A stretch of 64,000 nt of DNA. Origin: Camelus ferus (lineage: Eukaryota). The notes beneath the pieces are model-generated. The model did no database searches. It had not been told where the DNA came from and saw only the letters and a program-made list of their open reading frames with translations. The stretch spans positions 30,258,001 to 30,322,000 of the forward strand of contig NC_045696.1 in NCBI RefSeq assembly GCF_009834535.1, given 5' to 3'. The translations under genes and the position numbers were made by a program. Positions 13,138-27,137 of this stretch are shown here, piece after piece (the first letter of the stretch is position 1; each line of letters starts with the position of its first letter).

Positions 13138-13770
13138 TGTTAAACAGTGCAATGACTGGACTGTCCAGATAATTGAAAAAACTCACAGGGGTGAGTATAG
13201 CTCAGTGGTAGAGTGCATGCTTAGCATGCATGAGATCCTGGGTTCAATACCCAGTACCTCCATTAAAAAAAAAAAAGAAAAAGACTCACAAAGGTGCACA
13301 AGGTATAATTATGTAAGACTTTAATCAAGTACATCAGGAGAAAGGAAGCAGAGGTGAGAATCGTGGGCTCAGAGTTTTCTAGGTGTGGCTACCCAGGGTT
13401 CTTTCAAAGTTGCACAGAAACTGCTTCATCTCTGGATTTTGTACCACCAAGGTATGAGTGAGAAATCTTGGTTTAAAGAGACATGGTAAAAAGTATCCTG
13501 TAGGGTTTTATATTCCTCACTGATCAGGCAGCCAAGCCAGAGAGTAAAGCAGTTAAAACAGGAATAAGCCACCAGTTTATACAACCTCAAACAATGTAAA
13601 AAACTGACTCTCAGTGTCACCGGGGGAGTTCTGGACTTCAAACAGCAGATTACCTAACTCTTATTCTTATCTTGACCAAGACCTCCAGATCTCCCCAGAG
13701 ATAAGCATAGAACTCTCCCAGTTCAGCTGAAAGGTAACTTTATCCCATGTGAAATATGTGTTATAGGGTA
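13138..13770 (-). mobile_element. Probable ERVL LTR (MER21/MER68-group-like), interrupted by a SINE
   Basis: tgttaaacag...ggactgtccag...aactcacaaagg...gactttaatc resembles antisense ends of this group. Confidence 0.35.
13188..13276 (+). mobile_element. Camelid tRNA-Ala-derived SINE (Vic-1 type), short tail
   Basis: tagctcagtggtagag A-box, ggttcaatacc B-box, poly(A), TSD approximately gaaaaa(g)actcaca. Confidence 0.9.
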
Positions 13771-14091
13771 CAAGGAGAATATCTTATGGTGGGAAAATCT
13801 GGACAATTTATTATGCTATTTTGAAAGATGCCTAAGCTTGTTCCGTGGGAGAATCACAAAAAAATGTCAGGCTGGTGAAAAGCTGGTGCTGTCATTCTGA
13901 ATCTGCAACTGGAGAGGTGCAAGATAGAAGTGAATTCCAGAAGAGAAAATGGCTTATCCTTTCTTGTATTCTAGAATAGTTCTCTTTGCTTGGCTTCAGA
14001 GGAGGCTGAGTTGTGAGTAGGTGGAACTGCCTGTCAAAAAAGGTCTATCTGATTCAATCTTCATAGGTATAGATTGGGATATACATATTCA

Positions 14092-14645
14092 TGTTACCCC
14101 GAAAGGTAACGATCCCAACTCTTGTCAGACCCGAAAGACAAGCTTACAGTTGGGAGACGGTATGTTGTGTAGTGAAAGATTTTTAAAGATTTATTTAAAA
14201 AAGGAAAAAAGTAAACCTCCAAGAATGAGAGTCAGGCTGATACAAGGGAGGAAAAGTGTTGGTTTTTATCTCCTGTTTTTGTTTTACCCTCACTTAGAGG
14301 TGATCTTTTCATTGATTGTCAGCTCTTGCCCCTGGAGCGTTTAGTCATGTTTGGCTCCTTTGTGCATGTCCTCACCCATTGTATTTACAGAAAAAACCTA
14401 TGGGGGTGGGTGGCTAAACTGCAGTGTTAATTATAATACAATGAGCTTTGGGTTGTCTCCAATTAAGTCCTTTCTGCTATTACGCTGTCTGTCGCTGTTG
14501 GGTTTTAACCAGTTTCTTGCTGGCAGTCACTCATTTAGAAGTAAAGTCCCTTTATGCTGTTATGCTGCATAACACCGTCTTTTGGACCATCCTCCCTCTC
14601 CTTCACCTATCTGCCTAGTGCCCCCACTTATCTTCCTACCTAACA
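14092..14645 (-). mobile_element. ERV1 (MER4-group-like) solo LTR
   Basis: tgttacccc...cctacctaaca termini; TSD ttca/ttta (1 mismatch); tttatt poly(A) signal on the minus strand. Confidence 0.8.
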
Positions 14646-15297
14646 TTTATACATCATGATTTGAAGATAGCAGTGAGAGGTTAAATGGTAGATTGGCATG
14701 AGTCATCATTCTGGTCCTTCTTATAATATGCATGGTACACGAAGGACCCAGAAGTCCTGGTGCTTGCCAAGAAAGAAATATAGACATGCTCAGACTAGAA
14801 AGGATATAGAGGTTTGGGGTTAGAAAGAAGAGACAGATGTCTGAGACCAGTAGAATAGGCAAGGACTATACAGAGAACCCAGGGCAATGACCAGTCTATG
14901 GAGCTGACCAGTCTACTTACTGCAAAGAGGAAACCACCAAGGATCCAGAGAGCAGCACATAGCTCCCTGCAGCCATGAGGACACAGTAAGGTCCCTTCCA
15001 ACAACCATTTGCCATCTCGAGGAAGAGAAAAGGAATATTGTGAATCTGAAAAACTCCTGATTTGCTTAAAATGCAAAGGGTACCAGAGCTGTTAAACTAA
15101 ATATTTAAAATAAAAACTGTCTGCACTTTATGTTGATTTATCATGTCCTCAGTTATTTATGAGAACAAAGTTCTCACCTTGGAAGAGCTGAAGTTCTTTA
15201 TAATAATATGACTTTCTGTGGTTACTTTTAAAGGTTTATGGCCACTTGGATTGACTAGATAACCAAATGCTATTTCTTGCTAACCCAGAATTCTGTC

Positions 15298-15663
15298 TGT
15301 AGTGGGTTGAATAAAGTTCCCACAAACCCAAAAGTTCACGTCCACCTGGAACTTTAGAAGGTGAACTTACTTGGAAACAGGATATTTGCAGGTATAATTT
15401 TTTAAGAAGAGGTCATACTGGTTTGGAGTGGGCCCTAAATACAATTATCTGTCACCTTAGAAAAGAGGAGAGGACACACAGAGAAACATGCAGAGAACAA
15501 GGCCATGTGAATAAGGAGGCTGACCCTGGGATGACTTGTCTACAAGCTAAGAAATAAATGCCACAGATTGTAGACAAGAATCAGAACCTAGAAAGAGATG
15601 AGGAAGGATTCTTCCCTAAAAGCCTTCAGAGGTGGTATGGCCGTATTGACACATTGATTTCAG
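15298..15663 (+). mobile_element. MLT1B/MLT1C MaLR LTR
   Basis: tgtagtgggttgaat...gaggtcatactgg...aaggccatgtga...ggattcttccct...gccttcagag. Confidence 0.85.
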
Positions 15664-18600
15664 GGATGGCTGAGAAATACCCTAGACTTCTGTGTTTTGA
15701 GAAAATGTAAATTGTAGAGGACTCCCTGCATATTCTGAGAACTCACCACCTGCACCCTTTCTTCACCCTTCTTCGTGACTCTCATAAACTACCTGTCTAT
15801 ACCTCCTCATTTTACTTGCTTCTGTAGACTCTCAGGCTCCTTTCCTTCTCTTTGAAATATTTCTCATTAATCAAAGTCTCCATATTGTAATAACCTAAGT
15901 AAAATAATTTCCTTAATTGCCAGTGCATTTTTATTTTTCATAGCCTAGCCTAAAAAACATTTTGATATAAGTGTCAAAGTATAGAATCTGAATTTCTTAT
16001 AAAAAATGAGGAGAAAAAGAATAGAGGAAGTTGCAAAATGATTTCCTGAACTCAGATAGTGAGCAATTTAGTTTTTTTCTTTTAATCAGAAAAGTTCTGT
16101 ACTTATCTCTCCATGAAACAAAACGGTGTTATACGAAAAAAAAAATCACTTGTATTAAAACCGAACAGCTTGTCCCAGGTTGCTATGCGGACCGTTGGGA
16201 AATTACCCTGAATTCAATTGGGTAATATATAGCAGAGCCAAGAAAATGGGTTTATATTATCTTTTGGCTTTCTTATAAGATATAAAAGCACAGGTGCCTG
16301 GTCACAGAGGCTCCAATGATTCATTAGTATCAATACTAAATATTTGATTTGGAGGAAAAATTATATGTTTTCTGTACATTAAATGTTTTCTGAAGAAAGA
16401 TATATTTTTATAAAAATTCATCTTCTTAAATTCTTGAATAGTTTCAAGAATATTAAGAGACAAAAAATAAATGAGCTGTTGTGAATGATTAATTTTAGCA
16501 GAGCCTTAGCAAATGGAACAAAGTACAGAAACATTGAGAAGCTACAGTTTTACAATGTATGGGTTCACCATTGGTTTTTTAAAAATGCAAATTATTAATA
16601 AATTGTTTAGGTCCTAGAGAACAAGTATACATTTTATTAAAATGACAAGCTCAAAATCATTGTGATATAATTATCCCTTTAAGCATACCATGTCTCATTT
16701 TTCATGATAAAAAAGAAAAAAAGACCTTCTGTTTTGGCTTTACATTCTGGGTTTCAAATATTGCCTCCACTGAGGTAACTAGCTGCTTTAGACAAATTGA
16801 GATAAAGTTAGTTTTTTGGAGCAGACTTAAATGATCTTTTCCTTACTGACTCTAATTTAGCATTTTCAAAAAGTCACACAGGATCGTTGCTCCATATAAT
16901 TCTTGTTGACTATGAAAGGAACTGTATTGATCAGTTTCACAGTATCTGTAACCTTTGGATAAGAAGAAGAAATCTAAGTATTATGGGTAGTAAGTCGTAG
17001 CCTAAGAGAATACAGACACAAGCAGCAATTTTTTTTGAGGTGAACAGTAACCTGCCAGTTACTCTAAGTGAATGTTTGAAGATAATGATCTTACTATGTA
17101 GGTAAATATACTCCCTTTAAAAATTCAGTTGCCTTAGCTTGATATAGCAATAAGTTAGTTGTTTATTTGATACAAGTCAAACAACCAAGTAAACTACTTC
17201 TGATGTTTCAAGCTAGTGTCCTGATGCATCACTGGATGATATTCCTGCTCATGGCTCAATGTTCCACTCTCCATCCACTGAGGAAACATATGTTAGGATG
17301 GTAAAGGACTTAAATCAAGTAGTTCACCTGCTCTCTTCATCTGAATATCATCAGGTATGAATTGGGTATAGCAAAATAAAAATAAAAGAGATGAGAATCA
17401 GACTCATGTAAACAAAATAACATAAATAAACACTGGGTATTTAGAAGGGCTATTTAATTGGGGTGCTAATTGTCTAATTTGGGACTTAGCTTTCCTAATG
17501 TTAAATTTTGAGAGAAATGCATGTTCTCTCCTTTGTTATACCCAAGAAGTAAGCAAGCAGCACTTAGAAAACGTGCATTGAAAACTGGGAAAGAGAAGAC
17601 ACAAGGTTAGCTTCTGTATTGTTATATCAAGCAAAACATTCATCACTTAAACCAAGCGAAGTTTCTAAATGCCAATTTGAAAACCACGAAAAGTCTTCAA
17701 CAAACATATTACAATCAAGAAGAGTGGGCTAAATATTTTTTCACATCATTTACCAGTGATTGTTGTAAATGTACTTCCACCTTAATTAATACAAGATGAT
17801 TTCAAAATGAATGAATCACAAAGGATTTCCTCCCAGCACTTGGCCTAATGATGAATAAGGGAAGACAAGAGAATTCTATTGGAACAAAAGACACTTTTTT
17901 TCTTAAAGGTGAGCTAAAATGGCTTTTAAAAATACACAAAGAAAATGTGTTTTACTGAAAAGAAAAATCTTCATTCACTGTATTTGACATTAAAGCTAAG
18001 AGAAATCTGTAGAAATAAAAAAGCTCTTCAAAGACCTCTTTATTTGTAGGCATTCTGATTAACTGATTGAGAAGAGCACAATAATATTTTTCCTCCTCAG
18101 ATTAAAAAAAAAAGTTAAAAATAAATGCAGTTAATACAACTACAACAAAGGAGTCAGTCAAGTGAAATAGTCAATGTTATAGAACAGTGAGATAGCAATA
18201 ATCACAACAAAAGGAGTTTTAAAACAGAGAAAGAAGTAAAAAATGCAATTTACTGTTGTGTTAAGGTGGGATATTTTATATGCTTATGAAGGGAAATGTC
18301 TCAGAGTACTTTAGGCATCCATGTATATTTCTGTGTTGAAGGCAAGTATTCAGTTAAATGGAATATCTTAAGGGATGGAGATGCCCTTGCCTCCTTATTA
18401 ATGTTCAGTGTTATGATTAACTGAAGGTGAAGAGAACATTATATTTGCAATACTGAGGTCAAGCTCCAGTCTATTATTAATATCTTGGTGCTTTTGTGCG
18501 AGTCATTCATATCTCAAAACTTTTGATTTTTCTTAAAAACAAACAATCAAACAAACAAACAAAAAAAAAGAGGACAGTTAAAGAATCTTCACTGCTCCTA

Positions 18601-21600
18601 TAGGCATTAATTTTTAACTTAAAAAATCCTGTGGTATGACATCAAAAAACAAAGAAACAAAGAAGCCTCTACAAATTATAAGAAACCCACACAACATTAT
18701 ACAGCATCATTCAGTTATAGCAGCATTTACACTTCAACAATTACAGGAAGGTTGTCAAAACAAAATAAAGCAAAACAAAACTTGTCTACTTTTTTAAACA
18801 CAGACTGAGGATAAAAGGTTTGAGCTAGCACAGCAGAAGTATTTCATTCTATTTAGATGAGATAGAGTTTCTAATAGGAATAAGGAAGTGATGTGAGTTG
18901 ACTTGAGAAGAACTGCTGATAAAAAGCTATCATCCAGCGTATGATGGAATGTCACAAAGACAAACATGAACTTGGTATCAAAGTCAGACAAACTCAAACT
19001 CAATATCACAGTTAAACTTCCTACATCATTTTTCAAAGACTAAGAAAACATTATAAATCAGAATACTGTAAACATTTTTCACTAGGCATGGATTGAAAAG
19101 CTTTTTGAAGGTTAATTAGCTACTTCATCTTTCTCTATTTCAATGACAGCAGTTCCTCACAAAAATAAAAGATTTCAGGTATTCAATTTCAAGTCTTCAC
19201 TTTGTGGTTCATTGTATTTAGAAAGTAGTATACTTGAACAAAATTTCAGAATTTGGAAGAACTGCTCAGCCTGCAAGCTGTACATGTATAATTTAAACAC
19301 TCTACCTAGATGTGAAAATCCAAATTTATCACATAACTCTTTCTTACATGGTACATGGCAAGAATTGCTTTGGGAGGAAAAGTGCAGATTTTAAAAATTA
19401 TTCTTTGTTTTCCTTTATCTGACTTTCCCCCACTCTGAAATACAATCTTAAAAAATCTATTGGGTCACTGACATGAGTTATTAAAAACTAATAGAATAGA
19501 GTTGGTAGGTACTTTTCAACAATTTCAATGTTTTTGACAAAATCTACAGTGTCATATTAAACCTATTGAAAATCTTTCCTAAATACAGACTAAATTAGAA
19601 CACCTAATAAGAAAAATATAGATTCAGGCTTTGACAGGTCTCTAATTTTTGGTATGTGCAACAAATTCACCATTTGGAATTGTAAGGAAAATAATAGATT
19701 CTAATTTAATCTGTCTAGTGTTAACTAATGAAACAATATTGTTGATAGAATATAATTAATTCCTAGTCACATATTAACCTTCAAACAACCTTGCATTATA
19801 GAATTACTTAAGTACAATAGATAACAGCACTTAAAATTAATAGAGGTCTAGGAGGATCTGGTGGTAAATACTTTAGGATCACAGTAGTAAACACTTTAGC
19901 ATTATTACACAATGATTACTAAAGCAAAATTCCTAGAACAATATTGAAGCTTATTATCATGTATATTTCTGAGTTTTTGTAGTCCAGAAATGTAGATTAT
20001 TTCTTGAACCAGGACAAGTTTATCTTTCATTTAATTCTGGGCTTTCATTTTGGGAATTATTTTATGCAGTTCCAATCTGATTTTTTGTCTTCTCTCAAAA
20101 GAATAATCTTCACCTTTCTAAATAATCGGCATACTGGGAAATCATTGGGAAGAATTCATCACAAGTACTTGCAAGGGAAATAAAGTTTATTACATTTAAC
20201 TTCTCTCTGAAAATTGAAATTTCTAAATGAAGTCTTCTGAACTAAATATTCTAAAATAATATGAACTCAGATAATGAGTTACAGAATCTTGGGGGCTTTT
20301 AGCAAGAATGTAACCATATACTGAAGCATCAATACTCATCTTTTATTTTCTATTATTTATTTGTTTTCCAATTTTCTGTTGCTTTATCTTTCATTAAAAT
20401 ACTTGTTTTTGCACCTAGAGATTTCCATTAGAAATACATATATGTGACATTGTGTAATAATTTACATAGCTCTTTTTTCCCATATAAATTAACTGACATG
20501 ACAACCTTCTTGCCTTCCTGCTTGCCCGGCTACCTTCCTGTCTTGTTGCCTTGGTGGAAAATACTGTACTGTTTCTTTCTTTAAAAGCAAAAGATAGGAA
20601 AGGAAATAGCAAAATATCACATCAGGGAAAATGTGGTAGAATATACCCAACTGGAATGTAAAATCCATGAAAGCCAGGGTTTTGATTTCTACAGTAGTTT
20701 ATGCCCATTGTACCATTTATATTGAAGATGTGCAATAGATGTTTTCAGAATAAATTAATTGATGTGTTGACTCTTTTCCTCATTTCCTGAGACCTCCAGA
20801 TCTTTTAGGAATATTTAGGGGAAACATTATATGTACTTACTCAGCTTTTTAGGGAATTTTGGACCAAATATCAAGAGAGAATTCTTTCTGTTTTCCAATT
20901 AACAAATTAATTGGTAGATTCTTTTTTATGATAGGGAATAAACATGATCAGTGGTCTTAAGTAATAAACATAATTTGAAGGGGTTTTTCCCCTAATATCC
21001 TTTTGTTGTCTACTCATAATAATAAATAATAATTCACTCTTTTCTGGGGAGCTTCCTCTCCTGAACTGCTTCATGGGTCTGAGAAATACTGCATACCTTC
21101 CTCTTCCTTTGACATCCCCTTATAAAGGAGTAAATACAATAGGTTCATCTAAGATCAAGCTCCATGAATAGCAACTTTTCAGTACTTTGCTCTGTTTAGG
21201 GTGACTTGCTTCCCATATTTATACCTAAGAATTGATGGAAATGACTTTCGATAACAGTGTTTTCTTTCTTATTCATATTAAAGTTGTGGGCTTCTTCAGT
21301 TACCTAGTTGAATCATTACAAAACAGCAAGCTCATAAAATTTTTCATGACACAGTTAAAATACATAAAAATTTCTATTCTATTTCCCTTATTATGAATAA
21401 ATTTTATATGTTATCTCAAGAGAATTGAATAGCCTAGATCATGTTTTCCTCATAGGATTTTTCAGATTCCATATTTTCAGAGAGAAATGAAACATTACCA
21501 AATGGTAAATGGTGAAAAGGCCTATTGGGCCTGCTGTAACAGCATTTATCACATGCTCCTTGGCACATTAACTTTGTGCAGATATCACTCAGGTTAATAA

Positions 21601-22087
21601 TATGTTTGGCCCCAGGTTTCCCAAAAGTGCTTTGTTTGTTCAACTTAAAACAGGTGTCACAAAATTCTAATTTTGAATTATGTTTCTGCTCCAAAGAGAC
21701 CCAGTTAATTGGGTAACAGAAAGCAGTTAGATTTAGGAACTTAAAGATAATGATCTCTAATTGTAAGAAAAACTCATGACGTTGGGAAATAACGTATTTA
21801 AATAATCATTTCCTGATCACCAGTTAGTGTAACCATTAATAAATATTGCTTTGCAGGGAGGAACATGGCATATGGTCTCTCCTAGACCTAGTAACATATC
21901 CCTCTTGTTGACACTTGATGATTTAAAAATTACACATTATTTTGTTGTTCTACCAATTGTATCTAGACTGTAGCTCAAGACTCTGCTGACGTATTCCTTT
22001 ATTTAAACATATGAAAATCAGCTGAAAAATATATTGAGAGATACATACATTTTATAAGGTTTAAGTATTAAAAAAAAAAAGAGGTTT

Positions 22088-23780
22088 GTGAATATTCCCA
22101 AACTGATTCAAAAATTTATGTTGAGAGGCAAAAGATCCAGAATAGTGCAAACAATGTTAAAGGAGACGAACAAAGTTGGAAGACTGACACCTCTACTTTC
22201 AAGACTTAATGTAAAGCTCTAGTCATCAAGACATCATGGTATTGGTGAACGAATAGACAAATAGATGAACGGAACAAAATAGAGAGCCAAGAAATATTGT
22301 CAACTAATGTTTGACAAAGGAGCAAAGGCAGTACAATGGAGTGAAGACAGTCTCTTCAACAAATACTGCTGCTACAGCTAGACATCCAAATGCAAGAAAA
22401 TGAATTGAGACACAGATCTTACACCATTCACAAAAATTCACTCAAAATGGATCCCAGACCTCAATGTAAAATGCAAAACTGTAAAACTCCTAGAAGATAA
22501 CATAGGAGAAAACCTAGATGACCTTGAATATAGTCATAACTTTTTAGATATAGTACCAAAGAAATGATCCATAAAAGAAATAATTGAAAGCTGAAATTCA
22601 TTAGAATGAAAAATTTCTGCTCTGTGAAAGATACTATCAAGAAAATGAGAAGGTAAGACCCAGTCTAGGAGAAAATACTTATAAAAGAGATTTCTGATGA
22701 AAGACTATTATGCAAAACACAAAAGAAAAAAGAACTCTTAAAACTCAACAATAAGGGAACAAACAGCCCAATTTAAAAATAAGCCAGTCTTCAACTGATG
22801 TCTCACCAAAGAAGATACACAAATGGCAAGTAAGCATGTGAAAAGATGTTCCACATCATATGTCTTCAGTAAAATGCAAATCAAACAACAATGAAATACC
22901 ATTATTTATATTGGTCAAAATCTGGGAAAACTGACAACACCAAATGCTGGTAAACATGTGGTGCAGTGGACCTCTCATTCATTGCTGATAGGAATGCAAA
23001 ATGGCACAGTCAGTTGGAAGACAGTTTGGCAGTTTCTTACAAAGCTAAATGTACTGTTACCATATGCTCCAACAATTGTGCTTTCTGGTATTTACCCAAA
23101 AGATCTGAAAACTTATGTCCACACAAAAACCTGCACATGGATGTTTATAGCAGGTTTAATCATAATTGTACAAACTTGGAAGAAGTTGAAATGTCCGTCA
23201 GCAGGTAAATAGATAAACAAACTCTGGTACATCCAGACAATGGAATATTATTCAGTACTTAAAATAAATAAGCTATCAAACCATGAAAAGACATAGAAGA
23301 ACCTTAAGTGTATATTTACTAAGTGAAATAAACCAACTGGGAAACACTACATACTGTGTGATTCCAACTATATGATATTCTGAATATTCAGAGCTATGAA
23401 GACGGTAAAAAGACTAGTCATGGCCAGGGCTTGAAGGTGGTGGGGAGGGATGACTGTATGGAGAACAGAGGATTTTATGCAGTGAACATATTTTGTATGA
23501 CACTGTAATGATGGACACATGTCATTATACCTTTGTCCAAACTTAGAATGTACACCAAGCTTGAAGGCAAGGTTGAAGCATAATATAAACTATAGACATT
23601 TGGTATTATAATTATAATTGTTGAACCTACATCATAATGTACTGTCAAATGTACCATCAAATGTATTAATAATGGGGGGGTTATCCATATGTGGGAGCAG
23701 GGGGCATCTGAGAAATCTCTATGCCTCTTTTCACTTTGCTGTGAACTTAAAACTGTTCTAAAAATAGTCTTTAAAAAATA
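22088..23780 (+). mobile_element. L1MC1 ORF2 3' part and 3' UTR (decayed)
   Basis: ORF2 C-terminal remnants (ORF 22958-23212 GIYPKDLKTYVHTKTCTWMFIA) followed by an L1MC1-type 3' UTR. Confidence 0.9.
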
Positions 23781-24964
23781 ACTGCATTTGTTTGAAAGTA
23801 AAGTCAGATGGAAATTTTATTTTTTTAAAAAGAAGCAATAAACAGGAAAAATTTAAAAAAAAAAAAAAGAGAGAACTATTCAGCCAGGCCCCCTTTTGGG
23901 TTAGAGTAGTGTTGGATACAAGGCAAAACTAGTTATGGCCAATAAAATGTCCTCTAGCGTCGTGGCTACAGTTTCTCCATACAGCTGCCTAAAGTACGTC
24001 TTGAATGATTAATCTCAGCATCCTAATTCAGGGAATCTTGTCTTCTTATAAAAATCTATTGGGTTACTTGGAGGTAGGGGAGGAAGAAGTTGTAAGAAGG
24101 AGTTTGCTCGTTTAGCTACTACTCAAAATTGCATACATTGGTAAAACATAACAAAGGTCTTGGCACAGACCCAGATTAAATAAGTGGAAGGGATCATAAG
24201 TGACAATAGCAGCCATTATTCCTAGCCAAAAGCATGTCATGTTTACTTCATAGCTTGAATTAAAGCTTTCACCCTGAAATTGCCTTCTCTATCTCAGTCT
24301 GTCCAAGGGCAAACTGCCTTCCTTGATGACTTCCAACCAATCAGTTTGCTCAGAGAAAAAATAAAATGAAACAAAACAAGCCCCATTTCCACAGATCGTC
24401 TGTGAATAAGCCTTTTAAACCTGTCTTTGCTTTTTTTCCAATGAGACAATCTACACGATTGACCTTCATATATGAGTAAACTTCAGCTGCACTCTGTTTT
24501 ATATCAGAGTAATTCTCTGAGTTATTACTTGAAAATATTTATTCTCTGAGCAGTTCTTTGATTCTATCTATCTATCTATCTCTTATTTTTTTTTAAGTGG
24601 ATTATAAGGAGAGAAAAATATGTATACTGAGGAATGAATCTTTTGGAGTTGGGGATTCTCAGGAACAAGGCTGGGAAATATCTTGAGAAATAATTACTAA
24701 ATAAGGAGATGAGTAACTCTTCCTATCATAACACATATAAATAGTAACTTCTACCCTCTCATGATGTTGGAATGTCTGTGACTACCAAGTAGGCGTGTCT
24801 GAAGATGGCAAGAATCAGAACTTAGCATGCCTAATAGCACAATGAGGCAGTTATTTAAACCAGGCTATGCTTTATTTTTAAGATAGCCTTTGAAGCTCAT
24901 AATTCTCCATATCTATTTCCAATTTAATGAGAAATGTTCATATACATAAAAATATGTTTATAGA

Positions 24965-25180
24965 CAATATGGGTTAGTGGAAAGAGACTTTCTAGAGCAA
25001 GTAGATTTGATTTTCAACCCTGACTTAATTTTTAACTTGTTGTATGATCTTAGAAAATTAACATATTTCTTTGAGCCTCAGTTTCCTCATGTGTAAAAGA
25101 AAAAGAGTAAAAACTTACCCATTGATTTATGCTAATGATAGAAGACAATGTATCTAAATGACCTTAGTGCAATTGTGCTC
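24965..25180 (+). mobile_element. MIR SINE
   Basis: tgtatgatcttagaaaatt...tctttgagcctcagtttcctcatgtgtaaaa core. Confidence 0.8.
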
Positions 25181-26249
25181 AGTATATAATCATTTTCATA
25201 ATTATGTCTTTAAAATAATTTTCTCTAAAATACACTTTAAAATACTTGAATGCATGTTATTTTTCTGTATTACACTATTCAAATTATGGATTCTATAAAA
25301 AAGTACTGAAATGTGTAATTATTTAAGCAATAATCACTTTAGTTTAAAATTTTTATCTACTATTACCTGCACACATTAACATAAGATGCATTTCTGACAG
25401 TATTCCATCACTTGCTTTTTGCATTATCACCACATTTTCTGTGGAGCCTAACTAATCTTTCCAATCTTTTTTATCCTTATTACTAATGCTGACATATCTA
25501 ATGAAGATCATATTCTATAGCAATTTGAATATCAAACATTTTTTAAAAAAGGGAAAAACTATCTGGGTCAGCAAAAATAAATAACTCATCTACACTCAGC
25601 ACTGTCTTTTCCCTTGTATATAATTTTGTCCAAGGTAACACTACTGTTTCATTTTTGAGACATTTTTAAATAGTTACAGATTAAGTGTCATGCCTCATTA
25701 TTGCTTAATGTGATACAATTTTTATTCAAAAGACCTTCTTCGTAATGATACATATTTATTTAAGTTTGTGTGTGTGTATAAGCATCTTGATTTTATATAT
25801 TCAGCCTATTCTTTATCAGAAAGTTCTTTGTTTTTTAAATATACAATATTAAACAGCATTTACCAATATTAAAGTTCAACTGGAAATGCATTTAATGTGT
25901 CATGCAAAATGCCCTTTATCTGTGACACATTTAAATTCCTAAAATAGGAGACTGAATATCTTTTTCTACCTGAAGGGGAGAGAGGTTAGGTGACACAGCG
26001 AATTAACTTTAAGGCTGTCTCTTTTCATCTCTGAAGACCTGAAGGTCACATTTACTTATATTGACTTACAAATGGGGAGTATAGTAGTTCCAGAAATCAC
26101 CCATGTACCACACAAATTGCCAATCATGGAGATCTATGCTCAAAACAGTCCCAAAACAACAACAAGGGGAAAATGCCACAGATAAAAAATGATATACCAA
26201 GTCTTTACAATGAGTTTTTTTGTAGAAGCATGAAGAGTTTTAACTGTAT

Positions 26250-26420
26250 TTCTTAATGCCCTCCATAATGTTATATAGTGATAAGACTTAGTAATCCTTT
26301 TCCATTTATTCTTTTCTTTTTAATTTATTGAGAAAACTATGAAACAAGAAAATCCAAGTAAGCTAGTCAAGGTCAAGGTCACAGAGTAAATTAGAGCAAG
26401 ACTCAGAGGGAGCCATTATG
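26250..26420 (-). mobile_element. MIR fragment
   Basis: tgagaaaact...aagtaagctagtcaaggtcaaggtcacagagtaaattagagc. Confidence 0.5.
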
Positions 26421-27137
26421 TCTGCTAAATCTCTGTCGAAGTTAGTGGAATCACTGTAATATGCTGAAACCCTCTGCTTTGTTTATTACTTTACCACTAC
26501 ATGCCACTCTTCTGAGTTAAAAGGTGAACTTTTTTTCCATTTATTATTTCTTTATTGTGATTTATTTAAATTAGTGCTACATTTTCAAGTCCAATTACAT
26601 AGTAAAAAATGGAATATATAACCTTGATTATTAGCAAAATAAGCAAAATAAGATGTCTTGAGTAGTTTCAAGTAAAAAGCTTTAGGATATATAAAGCAGC
26701 ATAAACCTGGAGATTATTTCATTTTCTTTTGAGCCTTTAGAAATACATTTCTTGAATTCCCATTTTCTGTTCTTTGTGACTCAGAGTCTAAGTTGTCCTC
26801 AAGCAAACTGGCTTAGAATATGATCTCTTTATAGAGCTGTCTCAAATGTGGTGAAAATTAGGAAGATTACCCTGAACACTGTAATTTAGAAATATTCTCT
26901 TCCATAAATAGTCTTTTGAGACTGACTCAGGAAGTTGACTGGTAAACTGGAGAAGACAGTGGTGCATCTTAAAACCGGTGCTAATAATGCCAGACATTTA
27001 TACACACCATAGCCAGAAAATAACATCTCCTCTCTGTTCTAACTCATAGAGGCATCAACGTGAGAAAAATAGAGAACTCCATCCCTTCCACATGTTTTTC
27101 TAAGGGAATATTATTTGCTGTGTAATATCCTTATTAT

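Noticed and set aside
13188..13262. tRNA-Ala(AGC)-like gene
   Set aside because: Poly(A) tail, TSD and three related dispersed copies in the window show it is a tRNA-derived SINE.
22958..23212. ORF similar to L1 ORF2 C-terminus
   Set aside because: Fragment of a decayed L1MC1 with surrounding stops and frameshifts; not a gene.
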